From positions 510,001 to 542,000 of the forward strand of contig OY969902.1 of NCBI GenBank assembly GCA_963704435.1: a DNA stretch of 32,000 nt, read 5' to 3'. The position numbers were made by a program, and so were the translations under genes. This DNA is from an uncultured archaeon. GTDB taxonomy: Archaea; Micrarchaeota; Micrarchaeia; Micrarchaeales; CABMGC01. Each line of letters starts with the position of its first letter. Position 1 is the stretch's first letter. Of this stretch, positions 18,143-27,724 are shown piece after piece. The notes beneath the pieces were generated by a model. It did no database searches. It worked only from the letters and a program-made list of their open reading frames with translations, and was not told the DNA's origin.

Positions 18143-19036
18143 ATGGAGTATGATTATGAGAGACTTAGGGAAGTAGGAAAGGTTTCGTTCGAGACTCTGC
18201 AGTACGCGAAAGGACTTGTGAAGCACGGCGCGAGCCTGCTCGACATTGCAGAGAAGATTGAGGCATTCATAGCAGCTAAGGGGATGCTTCCCTCGTTTCC
18301 GGTGAACATATCTGTGAACGAGCGCGCAGCCCACTATACCCCGCTCGCTGGAGACTCGTCGGTCTTCGGAGAAGACGATGTTGTGAAGGTCGATCTCGGG
18401 GCTAGGTCGGGCGATGCGCTGGGCGACTGCGCGCTTACGGTGGACCTGTCAGGCAAGCATTCTAAACTAGTAGAGGTAACGGAAGAGGCTCTGGAGGCTG
18501 CGCTCAGCAAGGTAAGGGCTGGCGTGGCGGTGAACGCGATAGGCAGGGAGGTGGAGACCATAGCCAAGAAGGGGGGCTTCAACCCCATACGCAATCTGGG
18601 CGGACATGGGATAGAGCAGGGGGAGCTGCACGCTTCGGTATTCATACCCAACTTCGACAACGGAGATACGACGAAACTGGAGGAGGGCCAAGTGGTGGCT
18701 GTAGAGGTGTTCCTTACCGCCGGAGCGGGGTACGTCGTTGATGGCGATATGCTGCAGATATTCCAGAAGACGGGGGACGCGGGTGCAAGGAACGAAGACA
18801 CCAGGAAGATCGCCTCCTTCATAGATGATAACTATGGCACTTATCCGTTCGCGCTGCGCTGGCTCTCCAAGGAGTTCGAATCCGAGTTCAAGATAAGGAG
18901 GGCGCTTAACGAGCTGGCGTCGCTCGGCGTACTGGAGTCGTTCCCCGTTCTGGTCGAGAAGACGCGGGGCATAGTCGCGCAGGCCGAGAAGGAAGTCATA
19001 GTCGAGAAGGACTCCTGCTCGATAGTCACCAAGTGA
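18143..19036 (+). CDS. map: type II methionine aminopeptidase
   Basis: FPVNISVNERAAHYTP, VVKVDLGARSGDALGDCA, IRNLGGHGIEQGELHA, EEGQVVAVEVFLT. Confidence 0.93.
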   Translation: MEYDYERLREVGKVSFETLQYAKGLVKHGASLLDIAEKIEAFIAAKGMLPSFPVNISVNERAAHYTPLAGDSSVFGEDDVVKVDLGARSGDALGDCALTVDLSGKHSKLVEVTEEALEAALSKVRAGVAVNAIGREVETIAKKGGFNPIRNLGGHGIEQGELHASVFIPNFDNGDTTKLEEGQVVAVEVFLTAGAGYVVDGDMLQIFQKTGDAGARNEDTRKIASFIDDNYGTYPFALRWLSKEFESEFKIRRALNELASLGVLESFPVLVEKTRGIVAQAEKEVIVEKDSCSIVTK

Positions 19037-19060
19037 GCGCGAAGAGTCCTCCGATGCGGG

Positions 19061-21403
19061 TCACGCGCACTTCGTGTAGCCGCAGTTCTTGCAGGTCTGG
19101 CATCCGTTCTCATAGACCAGCATATTCTCCATGCACTCAGGGCACGTCTTTGCCTTGGACTCTGCGCCGTCCTGCTCCGTGATGATGTTCGCCTGCACGC
19201 TCTTTTCCGGGGCGACCATGCTCGACTCGGAAAGCGGAACGAACTTGAAGTTCGTTATGCCGAGTATTATCTCTAGCGCCTTCGCTATCGCGTCCGGGAT
19301 GCTGTAGAGCTTGATGCCGCGGTCCCAGGTTATCGACTCGTTGGCCCTGATGCCCTTGAGGCTCTCTATCACGGACTTTATGTCCCCGTTGAGCTGGAGA
19401 TACCTGCTTATCAGGCGGCCTATGGCCTCGGCATAGCTCTTCTCCTGGCTGCCGGTATGCCCGAGGGTCACGAAGACCTCCCTTATCTGGCCTTCCTCAT
19501 CGAAATTGGCCGTGACGTACAGCGACTCAGACTGCTGGAGCTTCAGCTTTACCGTCTTGCCTATCAGCGCCTGCGGCCTGCGCCAGTTCTCGCTGACCAG
19601 CTGGATCTTTTTCTTCTTCTCCTCTTCCTCGCTGATCAGGATGCTCTCCCTGGATCCCTCCCGGTACACGGTTATGCCCTTGCATCCGGACTTCCACGCG
19701 TCCATGTATATCTCCCCCACCTGCTCCACCGTCGCGTCGGAGGGCAGGTTCACTGTCGAGGATATCGCGCTGTCCACGTGCTTCTGTATCCTTCCCTGCA
19801 TGCCTACCCTGAACTTGGGGTTTATCTTGTGCGCGGGAACGAAGAAGTCAGGCAGCTTCGTCTCGTCAGTCAGGCCCGAGATCTTCATGTACTCCATCAC
19901 CAGCGGGTGGTAGACCTTGAAATACTCCTTGCTCAGCGACTCTGACCTGCGCGTGTAGTTGAAAGCGAAGATCGGCTCTATCCCGCTCGACGTCCCCGCG
20001 AGCACCGATCCGCTTCCTACGGGCGCTATGGTGAGCAGCGCGACGTTCCTCAGCCCGTTCTTCGCTATCTTCTGCCTCAGGTCCTCGTTGAGCGACTTCA
20101 CGAATGTCATGGACAGGTGCTTGTCCCTGTCGAATAGCGGGAACGGCCCTTTCTCCTTGGCTATCGCTGTGCTCTCGTCGTACGCGGTGGTCTTTATCAT
20201 GTCGAACAGCTTGTCGACGAACTGCATCGCCTCGTCGCTGTCGTACTTTATCTTGAGCTTCGCGAACATGTCCGCCAAGCCTGTCACGCCCAATCCTATC
20301 CGCCTGCTCTTCCCTACGGCCTCCTTCTGCGCCGCTAGCGGATGCTTGTCAGAATTGTAATCGAGCACGTTGTCCAGGAACCTGACAGCGTAGCGCGTGG
20401 CCTTCTCAAGCTCCGCCCAATCCACCCGCGCGTTGTCCGCGAACGAATCCAGCACGAACATCGGCAGGTTAAGCGCGCCTAGGTCGCAGGCCCCGTAATC
20501 CTGGAGCGGCTGCTCGCTGCATGGGTTCGTGGTTATGATCTCCATGCCGTTGTACTCGCTAGGCGAGAACCTCTTCATGGTGTCCCAGAACATCACGCCA
20601 GGCTCTGCCCAGTCCCTCGCCGACTTTATGAGCTCGTTCCAGAGGTCCCTGGCCTTCACTTTCTTCTCGATCCGCTTTACCGTGGCGTTCTCGTACTTCA
20701 GCGTGAAGTCGCCGTTGGCCTCGACCGCGTTCATGAACTCGTCGGTGACCCTTACGCTTATGTTTGCGTATTTCACGCTGCTGGTGTCCTGCTTCACCCT
20801 TATGAACTCGAGCACGTCGGGATGGTCCACGCTTATGGTGAGCATCATCGCCCCGCGCCTGCCCTCCTGGCCTATGGCGTGGCCCGTGTCACTCATTATC
20901 TGCATGAATGAGACCGCGCCACTGGAGGTCATGGCGCTGTTGTTCACTGGCGCGCCCCTTGGCCTCAGCACGCTCACGTCGCCTCCGACGCCTCCGCCGA
21001 AGCTGTACGTCCTGGCGGATTCCTTGCACCAGTCGAATATCGCCTCTATGGTGTCGTCCTTTATCGCAATTACGTAGCAGTTAAGAAGTGTCGCCCTCCT
21101 CTTGGCGCCCGCGCCGAACATTATCCTGCCCCCTGGGATGAACCTGAAGTCCTCGAGGAGCCACATGAACTTCTCGTACCACTCGCTCCTCCTCGCGTCG
21201 TCGAACTCGACGCCGGCCATGGCCTTGGCTATTCTCTCCCACATCTCGGTCGGAAGCTTCTCAAGCACAGTCCTGCTCTCGTCCTTGAGCGTGTACTTCT
21301 CGTAGAACACCCTGGCCCGTATCTCGTCCCCGCCGAAGAAGTCAAGCGTCTCCTTCGGTATGCCGCGCACTTCAGACTCAACCTGCGTCTTTTTGACAGA
21401 CAT
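19061..21403 (-). CDS. nrdJ: adenosylcobalamin-dependent ribonucleoside-diphosphate reductase
   Basis: TTNPCSEQPLQDYGACDLGALNL, GSGSVLAGTSSGIEPIFAFNYTRR, C-terminal zinc/redox tail CPECMENMLVYENGCQTCKNCGYTKC; start at MSVKKTQVE. Confidence 0.92.
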   Translation of the reverse strand: MSVKKTQVESEVRGIPKETLDFFGGDEIRARVFYEKYTLKDESRTVLEKLPTEMWERIAKAMAGVEFDDARRSEWYEKFMWLLEDFRFIPGGRIMFGAGAKRRATLLNCYVIAIKDDTIEAIFDWCKESARTYSFGGGVGGDVSVLRPRGAPVNNSAMTSSGAVSFMQIMSDTGHAIGQEGRRGAMMLTISVDHPDVLEFIRVKQDTSSVKYANISVRVTDEFMNAVEANGDFTLKYENATVKRIEKKVKARDLWNELIKSARDWAEPGVMFWDTMKRFSPSEYNGMEIITTNPCSEQPLQDYGACDLGALNLPMFVLDSFADNARVDWAELEKATRYAVRFLDNVLDYNSDKHPLAAQKEAVGKSRRIGLGVTGLADMFAKLKIKYDSDEAMQFVDKLFDMIKTTAYDESTAIAKEKGPFPLFDRDKHLSMTFVKSLNEDLRQKIAKNGLRNVALLTIAPVGSGSVLAGTSSGIEPIFAFNYTRRSESLSKEYFKVYHPLVMEYMKISGLTDETKLPDFFVPAHKINPKFRVGMQGRIQKHVDSAISSTVNLPSDATVEQVGEIYMDAWKSGCKGITVYREGSRESILISEEEEKKKKIQLVSENWRRPQALIGKTVKLKLQQSESLYVTANFDEEGQIREVFVTLGHTGSQEKSYAEAIGRLISRYLQLNGDIKSVIESLKGIRANESITWDRGIKLYSIPDAIAKALEIILGITNFKFVPLSESSMVAPEKSVQANIITEQDGAESKAKTCPECMENMLVYENGCQTCKNCGYTKCA

Positions 21404-21447
21404 TTCATTATCGCTTGCGACCACGAAACCCCCCTTGAATAGCAAAT

Positions 21448-21466
21448 GTTTGAACAATAGTCAAAC
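21448..21466. promoter_or_regulatory. inverted repeat GTTTGA-N7-TCAAAC upstream of nrdJ
   Basis: Perfect 6-bp inverted repeat between the nrdJ start (21403) and a TATA-like element near 21500-21508. Confidence 0.4.
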
Positions 21467-21566
21467 GACAAATCGAAGCTAGAGTATATTGACAGGCAGC
21501 TATTTAAGTATGAGCTTCCGTAACTTTGCCGTCAATTTTAGGGTGGCTACCTAGGTACCTTTTCGT

Positions 21567-22289
21567 TTACCTGGATAAATTAGATGCGCTCGGGAACTCG
21601 CCTATCCTGCGCTGCCTTATGGTCTCGATGGTCTTCCAGTACTCCCTCAGGTACGGGCCGAGCGCCCTGCTCTTGAGGTTCGCCTTTATGACCTCCACGG
21701 TCCCCCTATCGCCCGGATATCCCGAGCCAATCTTTATCCCGAGCTTCCTCTCTATCAGTTCCATCTCCCTGTCCCTCGTGACCTTGGCGATTATGCTCGC
21801 GGCGGAGACCACAGGGTACCTTATGTCTGCCTTGTGCTCCGATATGATCCTTATCCTCGCCTCCTTGGATCCGCCCTTGGCGCCCACAACCCTCGTGGGC
21901 TTCTTCGAGAACAGGCTTATCCTCATCCCGAACCGCTCCGCCACTACATCAGGGGAATCTATGTACGCCTTCTCCACGTCCGCGTGCATCTCGTCTATCA
22001 GCCTCGCGAAGTGCATCGCCTCCAGCTGGTTTATGGATACGCCGGACCTCATCGCGCTGTTGATCTCGCCGTTCGTTATCTTGTAGGTCCCGACCTCATC
22101 TGAGAGGGACTGTATCTCGTCGAAGAGGAACTCGCGCTTCTTGGGGGATAACAGCTTTGAATCGCGGACCCCTATCTCGGCCAGCTTCTTCTCTCTGGCC
22201 TTGCTTATGCAAATCATGCTGACGACTAGAGGCCCAATCACGGCTCCCCTACCGGCTTCGTCGCCGCCAGCGATTATTATGGGGCTCAC
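21567..22289 (-). CDS. rnhB: ribonuclease HII
   Basis: IAGGDEAGRGAVIGPLVV, RDSKLLSPKKRE, VVSAASIIAKVTRDREM, GSGYPGD. Confidence 0.96.
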   Translation of the reverse strand: MSPIIIAGGDEAGRGAVIGPLVVSMICISKAREKKLAEIGVRDSKLLSPKKREFLFDEIQSLSDEVGTYKITNGEINSAMRSGVSINQLEAMHFARLIDEMHADVEKAYIDSPDVVAERFGMRISLFSKKPTRVVGAKGGSKEARIRIISEHKADIRYPVVSAASIIAKVTRDREMELIERKLGIKIGSGYPGDRGTVEVIKANLKSRALGPYLREYWKTIETIRQRRIGEFPSASNLSR

Positions 22290-22290
22290 C

Positions 22291-22545
22291 CTAGAGTACG
22301 CCCTTCCTGTCTATGACTATGAAGTCGTTTACCGCCATTACGCTCGCGTATGGCACCTTCAGCTTTCCTTCCTTTACGTCCAGCTTCTTTATGAACGCGC
22401 TGTCAGAGTTCGGCTCCAGGATTATGCCCGTGAGCTTTCCAGTCACTTCGTTGACCTCTGCGTCCAAGAACCTTCCCAGGTCTATCCCGTCGTTCGTCAT
22501 CACTTCCTTGCCAATGAGTTGTTCAGCAATAACATATTTCGCCAT
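22291..22545 (-). CDS. PRC-barrel domain protein
   Basis: AEQLIGKEVMTNDGIDLGRFLDAEVNEVTGKLTGIIL...KLKVPYASVMAVNDFIVI. Confidence 0.8.
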   Translation of the reverse strand: MAKYVIAEQLIGKEVMTNDGIDLGRFLDAEVNEVTGKLTGIILEPNSDSAFIKKLDVKEGKLKVPYASVMAVNDFIVIDRKGVL

Positions 22546-22642
22546 GTTCACACCTTAAGCGCAACCTCGTAATACCCTTCACAGAGAATATTTATATCTG
22601 TTACCTCTTGGGCCCGTTTCCTCCCTTATATGCGGAGTCCTC

Positions 22643-23056
22643 TCAGGCCACCTCCAATAAAGCCTTTTTCTTCATCGCATTGAGCACGTGCCCGTAGTCC
22701 CTGTAGTGTATGAATGCCGTGACCGAAAGCGTGTACTCCCCCTTGTCGGTCCCTACGTCGCCGTTCACCTCAATCCTCGATTCCTTCTCCTCCCCTGGCG
22801 CGAGCATCCCAAGGCGCAGCTCCTTGGTGCCTGACATCCCAGTGGTGTCAAGGCTGAGGTTCTTCGGGAGCTCCACGACCAGCGAGCTCAGCACGGGCTC
22901 GTTCGTCAGGTTCTTGAGCTTCAGCATGAGCAGGACTGAGTTCTTCCTGTTCGCGTACAGCTTGTACGGCACGAACTCGGTCATTATCCGGTAAGGAAGG
23001 GTCTTGTTAAGTTCCCCTGAAGAGTCCCTCTTGCCAAAGAGGTCGAGTATTTTCAT
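22643..23056 (-). CDS. hypothetical protein with Ig-like beta-sandwich character
   Basis: MKILDLFGKRD...NSVLLMLKLKNLTNEPVLSSLVVELPKNLS...RLGMLAPGEEKESRIEV; start fits the sequence at 23054-23056. Confidence 0.6.
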   Translation of the reverse strand: MKILDLFGKRDSSGELNKTLPYRIMTEFVPYKLYANRKNSVLLMLKLKNLTNEPVLSSLVVELPKNLSLDTTGMSGTKELRLGMLAPGEEKESRIEVNGDVGTDKGEYTLSVTAFIHYRDYGHVLNAMKKKALLEVA

Positions 23057-23120
23057 AAGGTCGCCAGACACTACCAATTGCGCGCAAAGGTATTTTAAGC
23101 TTTTTACGACGCCGAAGCGC

Positions 23121-24026
23121 TCACGGCGGCAAGGAGTAGCCTGCCGTCCACGAGTTCGTGAAGATCACGTTCGTGGGCGTCGCGCTGCGGCCGTTCCCCG
23201 AGTAGTCGTTCGAGTTCCCGTTGAGGGGCCACCATCCCACGAGGTTCTGCAATCTCAGGGGGGCGCCGCCTATTCCCGCGTTGTACAGGGCCTTTATCTC
23301 GTTAGCGGAAAGGGAGGCGTTGTAGAGCTGGACGTTCGCGATGTAGCCGTTCAGCAGGTTGTATATCGGATTGCCGTCGTAGCTGCCTATGTAGAAGGCT
23401 TTGGCGGGTATCGCGTATGGAGTGGCGGGTATGACTCCGCTGTTCTGCGTATTTTGGGTGGGCGAGTTGAACGAGTATGAGGTTATAACGTTCCCGTTCG
23501 CGACGAACGCAAACATGACCCAATCCGATGTCGGCGCGGTTAGCGGCGCGTTGGAGCCGCAATTAGAATATCCGATGCACGAACACGGGTCCCAGTATGC
23601 CGTGAAAGTCGTGCTGGATGCCGCTGGCTCGTATACCTGGCATTCGTAGATGCCCATGCCGGAGCTTCCGCTCGACGGCGCGACTTTCGTCCACCAGGTA
23701 ACGGTGGTGCTGCTCATCTGCGGCAGCGAGTTCTGCGAGACGATAAGGCTGCTCGCGCCGTTGAACTGCGCGACGTAGGTGGGGATGTCTCCGTTGCATA
23801 CGCCTTCCAGGCCGATCGACGAGACGCTGCCTGCGCCGCCGGGCCGGTATACGCTGCACGAGCCGGGCTGGGCGCGCGGGGAGAAGTTGTATGGGGAGAA
23901 GACCCCGAGCGCCATGAGGAAGGCCATGACTATTGCGATTACGAGGATCGCCCATCCGTATACCGCCAGGTGCTCTAGTGAGGCCTGAAGCGAGTACCCT
24001 CTGCTTTTGCACGGCAAGAAACGCAT
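23121..24026 (-). CDS. pilin-like secreted protein with LamG/concanavalin-like domain
   Basis: N-terminus MRFLPCKSRGYSLQASLEHLAVYGWAILVIAIVMAFLMALGVF (class III signal/pilin-like helix); C-terminal YNASLSANEIKALYNAGIGG...LVGWWPLNGNSNDYSGNG typical of LamG-like domains. Confidence 0.75.
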   Translation of the reverse strand: MRFLPCKSRGYSLQASLEHLAVYGWAILVIAIVMAFLMALGVFSPYNFSPRAQPGSCSVYRPGGAGSVSSIGLEGVCNGDIPTYVAQFNGASSLIVSQNSLPQMSSTTVTWWTKVAPSSGSSGMGIYECQVYEPAASSTTFTAYWDPCSCIGYSNCGSNAPLTAPTSDWVMFAFVANGNVITSYSFNSPTQNTQNSGVIPATPYAIPAKAFYIGSYDGNPIYNLLNGYIANVQLYNASLSANEIKALYNAGIGGAPLRLQNLVGWWPLNGNSNDYSGNGRSATPTNVIFTNSWTAGYSLPP

Positions 24027-24096
24027 CCCTGTGTCTTCTGACACGTTCCTTTGGGAGACAAAGATAAAAAGGCGTGGCATCCGCTTCGGCGGACCC

Positions 24097-26175
24097 TCAC
24101 TCCGCCTCGTGCCTGACTATCTTGAGGACGCCCGGCTTCGGCATGTAGATGTCGCCGCTCCTCTCGAGCTCGTTTATGTAGCGCATCGCCGTCGCCCTGT
24201 CGATCCCGCCCTTCTCCGCCTCCTCGAGCACCCTCGACACCTTCGCGCTCTGCTCATCATCCTCGAGCTTCCTGACTATGCCCATCATCGCGTTTATCTT
24301 GTCTACCTTCTCCTTAGGCATGCCCGTAAGGAGCGTGTCTATGTCCTTCCTCCCGTGGCTGTCGACCGCGAGAGTGTTGAGCATGTAGTTCAACATCCCG
24401 ACCGCCACATCCGCGTCCTTCAGCTCCACGAGCGGGGACAGCCTGGTCTTGGCGCTCGCCTCGGCGAGCCTCACGAGCCCCTCTATCTGCCTCGGGGTCA
24501 TCGGGACGGCTCCCTGCCGGGCGCCTAGCTTCCTCAGCTCCACGTAGTAGTCCTGTATCCTGTCGCTCGCCTCCTTCGTGAGCCGCGGCTTCACGTTCCT
24601 CTTCGCGAAGGCGATGTACTTCCTGAGCAGATCAGGGGCTATCTGCGGCGCCTCCACCTGCTCGTATTCCTTGATGTCCGCTATGCGCGCTCCTGCCGCG
24701 GAGTGCTGAATCAGTATGTGGCTCGCTATGTTCTTGTCCTGGTCCTCGTCCAGTATGTCCCTTATCGGGAATATCAGGTCGAACCTCGACAGCAGCGTAG
24801 GGGGTATGTCGAACTGCTCCGCCGGGTAGATGTTTGGATCGAACCTGCCGTACTTCGGGTTCGCGGCCGCGAGAATCGACGCTCGCGCGGTGAACGTCGC
24901 GACTATGCCCGCCTTGGCTATGCTTATGGTCTGCGACTCCATGGCCTCGAGCAGCGCGCTCTTGTCGTCATCGCTTATCTTGTCGAACTCGTCGATACAG
25001 ACCGCCCCGCCGGATCCCAGCACCAGCGCTCCGGCCTTCAGCGTCCAGCCTCCTTCAGAGAACTCGTCCCTCTCGGCGGATGCGGTCAGTCCGGCGGACG
25101 TCGTTGACTTGCCGCTGATGTAAATCCCTTTGGGCAGCAGCGTGGTGACTGCTTGCAGCAGCCTGGTCTTCGCGCTTCCCGGGTCTCCGATGAGTAGGAG
25201 GTGCATGTCGCTCCTCACCTTGCTCCCGTCCACGAGCGTCTTGTCCGGTGTCCCGCTGAACAGCTGCAGCGCGAGCGACCTCTTGATCTCGTCGTAGCCG
25301 TATATCGACGGCGCGATGGACTTCGCTATCTTGTCGAACACCCTCGGGTCCTTGGAGAGCTCGCGTATTACCTTCTCGTCGTCCTGGCTTATCTCGAGCT
25401 CCGAGAACTCCTTCTGCCTCGGGATGACGGACACGGCGTCGAGGAGCATGGTGAACATCGCCTTCTCCTGCTTGCCCTTCGCGTTCCTCCTGGGCCTTAT
25501 CCTGAGCGTGCCCGTTATGTCCACGCGGTCGCCGGGCATGGCGCAGTTGACCAGGTCGTCCTCGAGCCACACCTCCAGGTTCCAGGTCGGCGTGCTCCCC
25601 CTCAGCCTCTCCAGCGGGTCCTGCACGGCTATCCTCTGCAGGTTGATGAACTTCGACTCCTCGTTGACCTGCTTGAGCGCTCGGCGCTTGCACTGCGGGC
25701 AGATCTCGGGAACGTCCTCCCGGTCGACCTCTATCTTGACCACTGTGTTGCAGAGCGAGCACCGGAACGTGCCCATGTGCACCATCGGGATTATCTCCGA
25801 CCTCTTGACTATGAGCGAATCGAGCGTGAGCAGCTTCCCTATGTTGTCCGAGCCGACCTCCTGTATCAGCGGCATCTGCGACCCTCCCATCCCGAAGAAG
25901 CGCGCGTAGACCGGCTTGTCGAGCGCCTCCGGGTGCGGATTGAGCCGCGCGAGCGCGGAGTTGGCGTTGGGGAGTATCATGTCGGGGTTGTTCATGAGCT
26001 CGCTGGTCAGCTCCCCGTCGAACTCTGCCAGGTCCTTCATGCTGACCGCTATGGCCCTTTTCTGGGGATACGCGACGTACATCTCGTTTATCTGGTCCGT
26101 GCAGTAGACGTTGTAGAACTCGATCAGCCTGTCCTCTATTTCCTTCCTAGCCACGTCGTCCAAGCGAGCCCCCAT
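24097..26175 (-). CDS. mcm: MCM replicative helicase
   Basis: Zinc finger CSLC..CPQC, Walker A LLIGDPGSAKTRLL, GAVCIDEFDK, LLSRFDLIFPI arginine finger, C-terminal wHTH; start at MGARLDDVARKEIEDR. Confidence 0.95.
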   Translation of the reverse strand: MGARLDDVARKEIEDRLIEFYNVYCTDQINEMYVAYPQKRAIAVSMKDLAEFDGELTSELMNNPDMILPNANSALARLNPHPEALDKPVYARFFGMGGSQMPLIQEVGSDNIGKLLTLDSLIVKRSEIIPMVHMGTFRCSLCNTVVKIEVDREDVPEICPQCKRRALKQVNEESKFINLQRIAVQDPLERLRGSTPTWNLEVWLEDDLVNCAMPGDRVDITGTLRIRPRRNAKGKQEKAMFTMLLDAVSVIPRQKEFSELEISQDDEKVIRELSKDPRVFDKIAKSIAPSIYGYDEIKRSLALQLFSGTPDKTLVDGSKVRSDMHLLLIGDPGSAKTRLLQAVTTLLPKGIYISGKSTTSAGLTASAERDEFSEGGWTLKAGALVLGSGGAVCIDEFDKISDDDKSALLEAMESQTISIAKAGIVATFTARASILAAANPKYGRFDPNIYPAEQFDIPPTLLSRFDLIFPIRDILDEDQDKNIASHILIQHSAAGARIADIKEYEQVEAPQIAPDLLRKYIAFAKRNVKPRLTKEASDRIQDYYVELRKLGARQGAVPMTPRQIEGLVRLAEASAKTRLSPLVELKDADVAVGMLNYMLNTLAVDSHGRKDIDTLLTGMPKEKVDKINAMMGIVRKLEDDEQSAKVSRVLEEAEKGGIDRATAMRYINELERSGDIYMPKPGVLKIVRHEAE

Positions 26176-26261
26176 TCGATAGGGCGAGGCAGGAATATAT
26201 ATGTGACTGGGAAACGCGGGCACTTCCGTTACTAAGCTGGATGGCGGCGGGTTGCGGCGGG

Positions 26262-26831
26262 CTAAACCGCGAACTTCGTATAGACGAGGCTCAGGCTCGC
26301 GACCTGCTGGATCGTGCTTCCGTAGCCGGGTATGGTGTAGTTCAGCCACAGGTAGCCGGTGAATGCCGTTCCTATCGCGCCCGACGCCGGCGTCGAGGAC
26401 GCGTAGCAGTTCGGGCTCAGCAGCGTGCCTGCGTCGCTGGAAAGCGATATGCCATTCGTCGGGGAGGTCGTGATTCCGTTCACGGTGGGGTAGTACGCCA
26501 CCGTGTTGGTGACGAATATGTTGCCGTACGCGGGGCCGTTGCCAATTGAATTCGATTGGGACGCGCAGGCGACGCCGTTGATTACTATCGGGCCGCCGGT
26601 TGCCTGGGACAGCGTCACCGCCAGGGCCCCCGTTGTGTTAAGGGCATAGGTGTCGCACGAGAACCCCGGGACCGCGGTGCACGTGTAGGATGAGAGGGTG
26701 GGGTGTGAGAAGCTTATCTGGTATATCGCGGCTATCGCTATGGCGATCACTATGAGCGCTATGCCGTAGGACATCAGGAAATCGACCGAGGCCTGGGCCC
26801 CTACGGCTTTTCCTCGATGCTGCGGACCCAT
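26262..26831 (-). CDS. type IV pilin-like small secreted protein
   Basis: VGAQASVDFLMSYGIALIVIAIAIAAIY class III signal-peptide-like N-terminus; exact start uncertain. Confidence 0.65.
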   Translation of the reverse strand: MGPQHRGKAVGAQASVDFLMSYGIALIVIAIAIAAIYQISFSHPTLSSYTCTAVPGFSCDTYALNTTGALAVTLSQATGGPIVINGVACASQSNSIGNGPAYGNIFVTNTVAYYPTVNGITTSPTNGISLSSDAGTLLSPNCYASSTPASGAIGTAFTGYLWLNYTIPGYGSTIQQVASLSLVYTKFAV

Positions 26832-26841
26832 GCGCTTGCCC

Positions 26842-27459
26842 TCATCCCCTAGGCGTCATCTCGACCTTCGCCTCGAAGTCCGAAACCTTGTGCGTGAACT
26901 CGTCGTCGCCCTTGATGAGCCCCTTCTCCTTGAGGAATTCCCTCGCGAGGAGATAGTATATCAGCGCCAATGACCTCCTTCCCTTGTTGTTGCACGGTAT
27001 TATGAGGTCCACGAACTTTATCCAGTTGTCGGTGTCGCAGAGCGCGACCGAAGGGGCGCTTATCTTGCTCGCCTCCCTCACCGCCTGCCTCTCGTTCCTC
27101 GTGTCGCTTATCAGCACTATCTCCGGCTCGACGAAGTCGTCCCTGTTCGGGTTCGTGAATACGCCCGGCATCACCCTTCCGCTTATCAGCTTGGTCCCGG
27201 TCAGCTCGGAGAACTTCTTCGCGGGCGCGATTGCGTATATCCTGGAGGCGGTCGCGACTATGCTCCCCTGGTCGTACGATGCCAGCAGCTTTGCCGCTGC
27301 CCTTATCCTCTTGTCTATGGACTCGATGTCGAGCAGGTAGAGGCCGTCGTCCCTCCTCTTGTAGATGAACCTGCTCATCCCGGGGGTCCTGACCCTGGTG
27401 CCTATCTGTATGCCTGCCTCCAGGTACTCCGACTGGTTTGTGAGCGTCTCCTCTTCCAT
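26842..27459 (-). CDS. rps2: 30S ribosomal protein S2 (uS2)
   Basis: EAGIQIGTRVRTPGMSRFIYKRRDDGLYLLDIESIDKRIRAAAKLL...PGVFTNP...PSVALCDTDNWIKFVDLIIPCNNKGRRSLALIYYLLAREFL. Confidence 0.95.
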   Translation of the reverse strand: MEEETLTNQSEYLEAGIQIGTRVRTPGMSRFIYKRRDDGLYLLDIESIDKRIRAAAKLLASYDQGSIVATASRIYAIAPAKKFSELTGTKLISGRVMPGVFTNPNRDDFVEPEIVLISDTRNERQAVREASKISAPSVALCDTDNWIKFVDLIIPCNNKGRRSLALIYYLLAREFLKEKGLIKGDDEFTHKVSDFEAKVEMTPRG

Positions 27460-27583
27460 TGTAAAACCTGAAACCCTGCGCAATCTCCGCTTACTTTCTT
27501 CAGTATGAACATTCTTCGCTTCATCTTAATAAACCAGCGCTGTTTATGCCGGCCCTTTACGTTTTCCTGTAATGAACGACAAT

Positions 27584-27677
27584 CGGGGTCGCCGAGATTT
27601 CCAACTACGTTGCAGTTTTTGAACTCGGGTCATGTGCTCCCTAAGCACAGAGCCTATCCAGGCTAGCAGACGACCCC
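27584..27677 (-). tRNA. tRNA-Pro-like gene, anticodon AGG, with 20-nt T-loop intron (27598..27617)
   Basis: Minus: GGGGTCG-TC-TGCTAGCCTGGATAGGCTC-TGTGC-TTAGGGA-GCACA-TGAC-CCGAG-TTCAAA[20 nt]T-CTCGG-CGACCCC-G. Invariants U8, A14, G18G19, A21, C48, G53:C61, T54T55C56, A58 present; 10:25 is U:U. Confidence 0.8.
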
Positions 27678-27724
27678 GCGCAGATATATTGGCGAGGGAT
27701 GTTTTTATCTCTATCGTCGCCGCG

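Noticed and set aside
13095-26175. Possible inteins in polB, nrdJ or mcm, common hosts in archaea
   Set aside because: Protein motifs run continuously through the active-site regions with no Hint-type blocks or insert; only the freestanding HEG at 1783-2715 was found.
24703-26235. Long ORFs opposite or out of frame with mcm (25055-25762 minus, 25201-26235 plus)
   Set aside because: Out-of-frame shadows; the 24097-26175 minus frame has every MCM motif.
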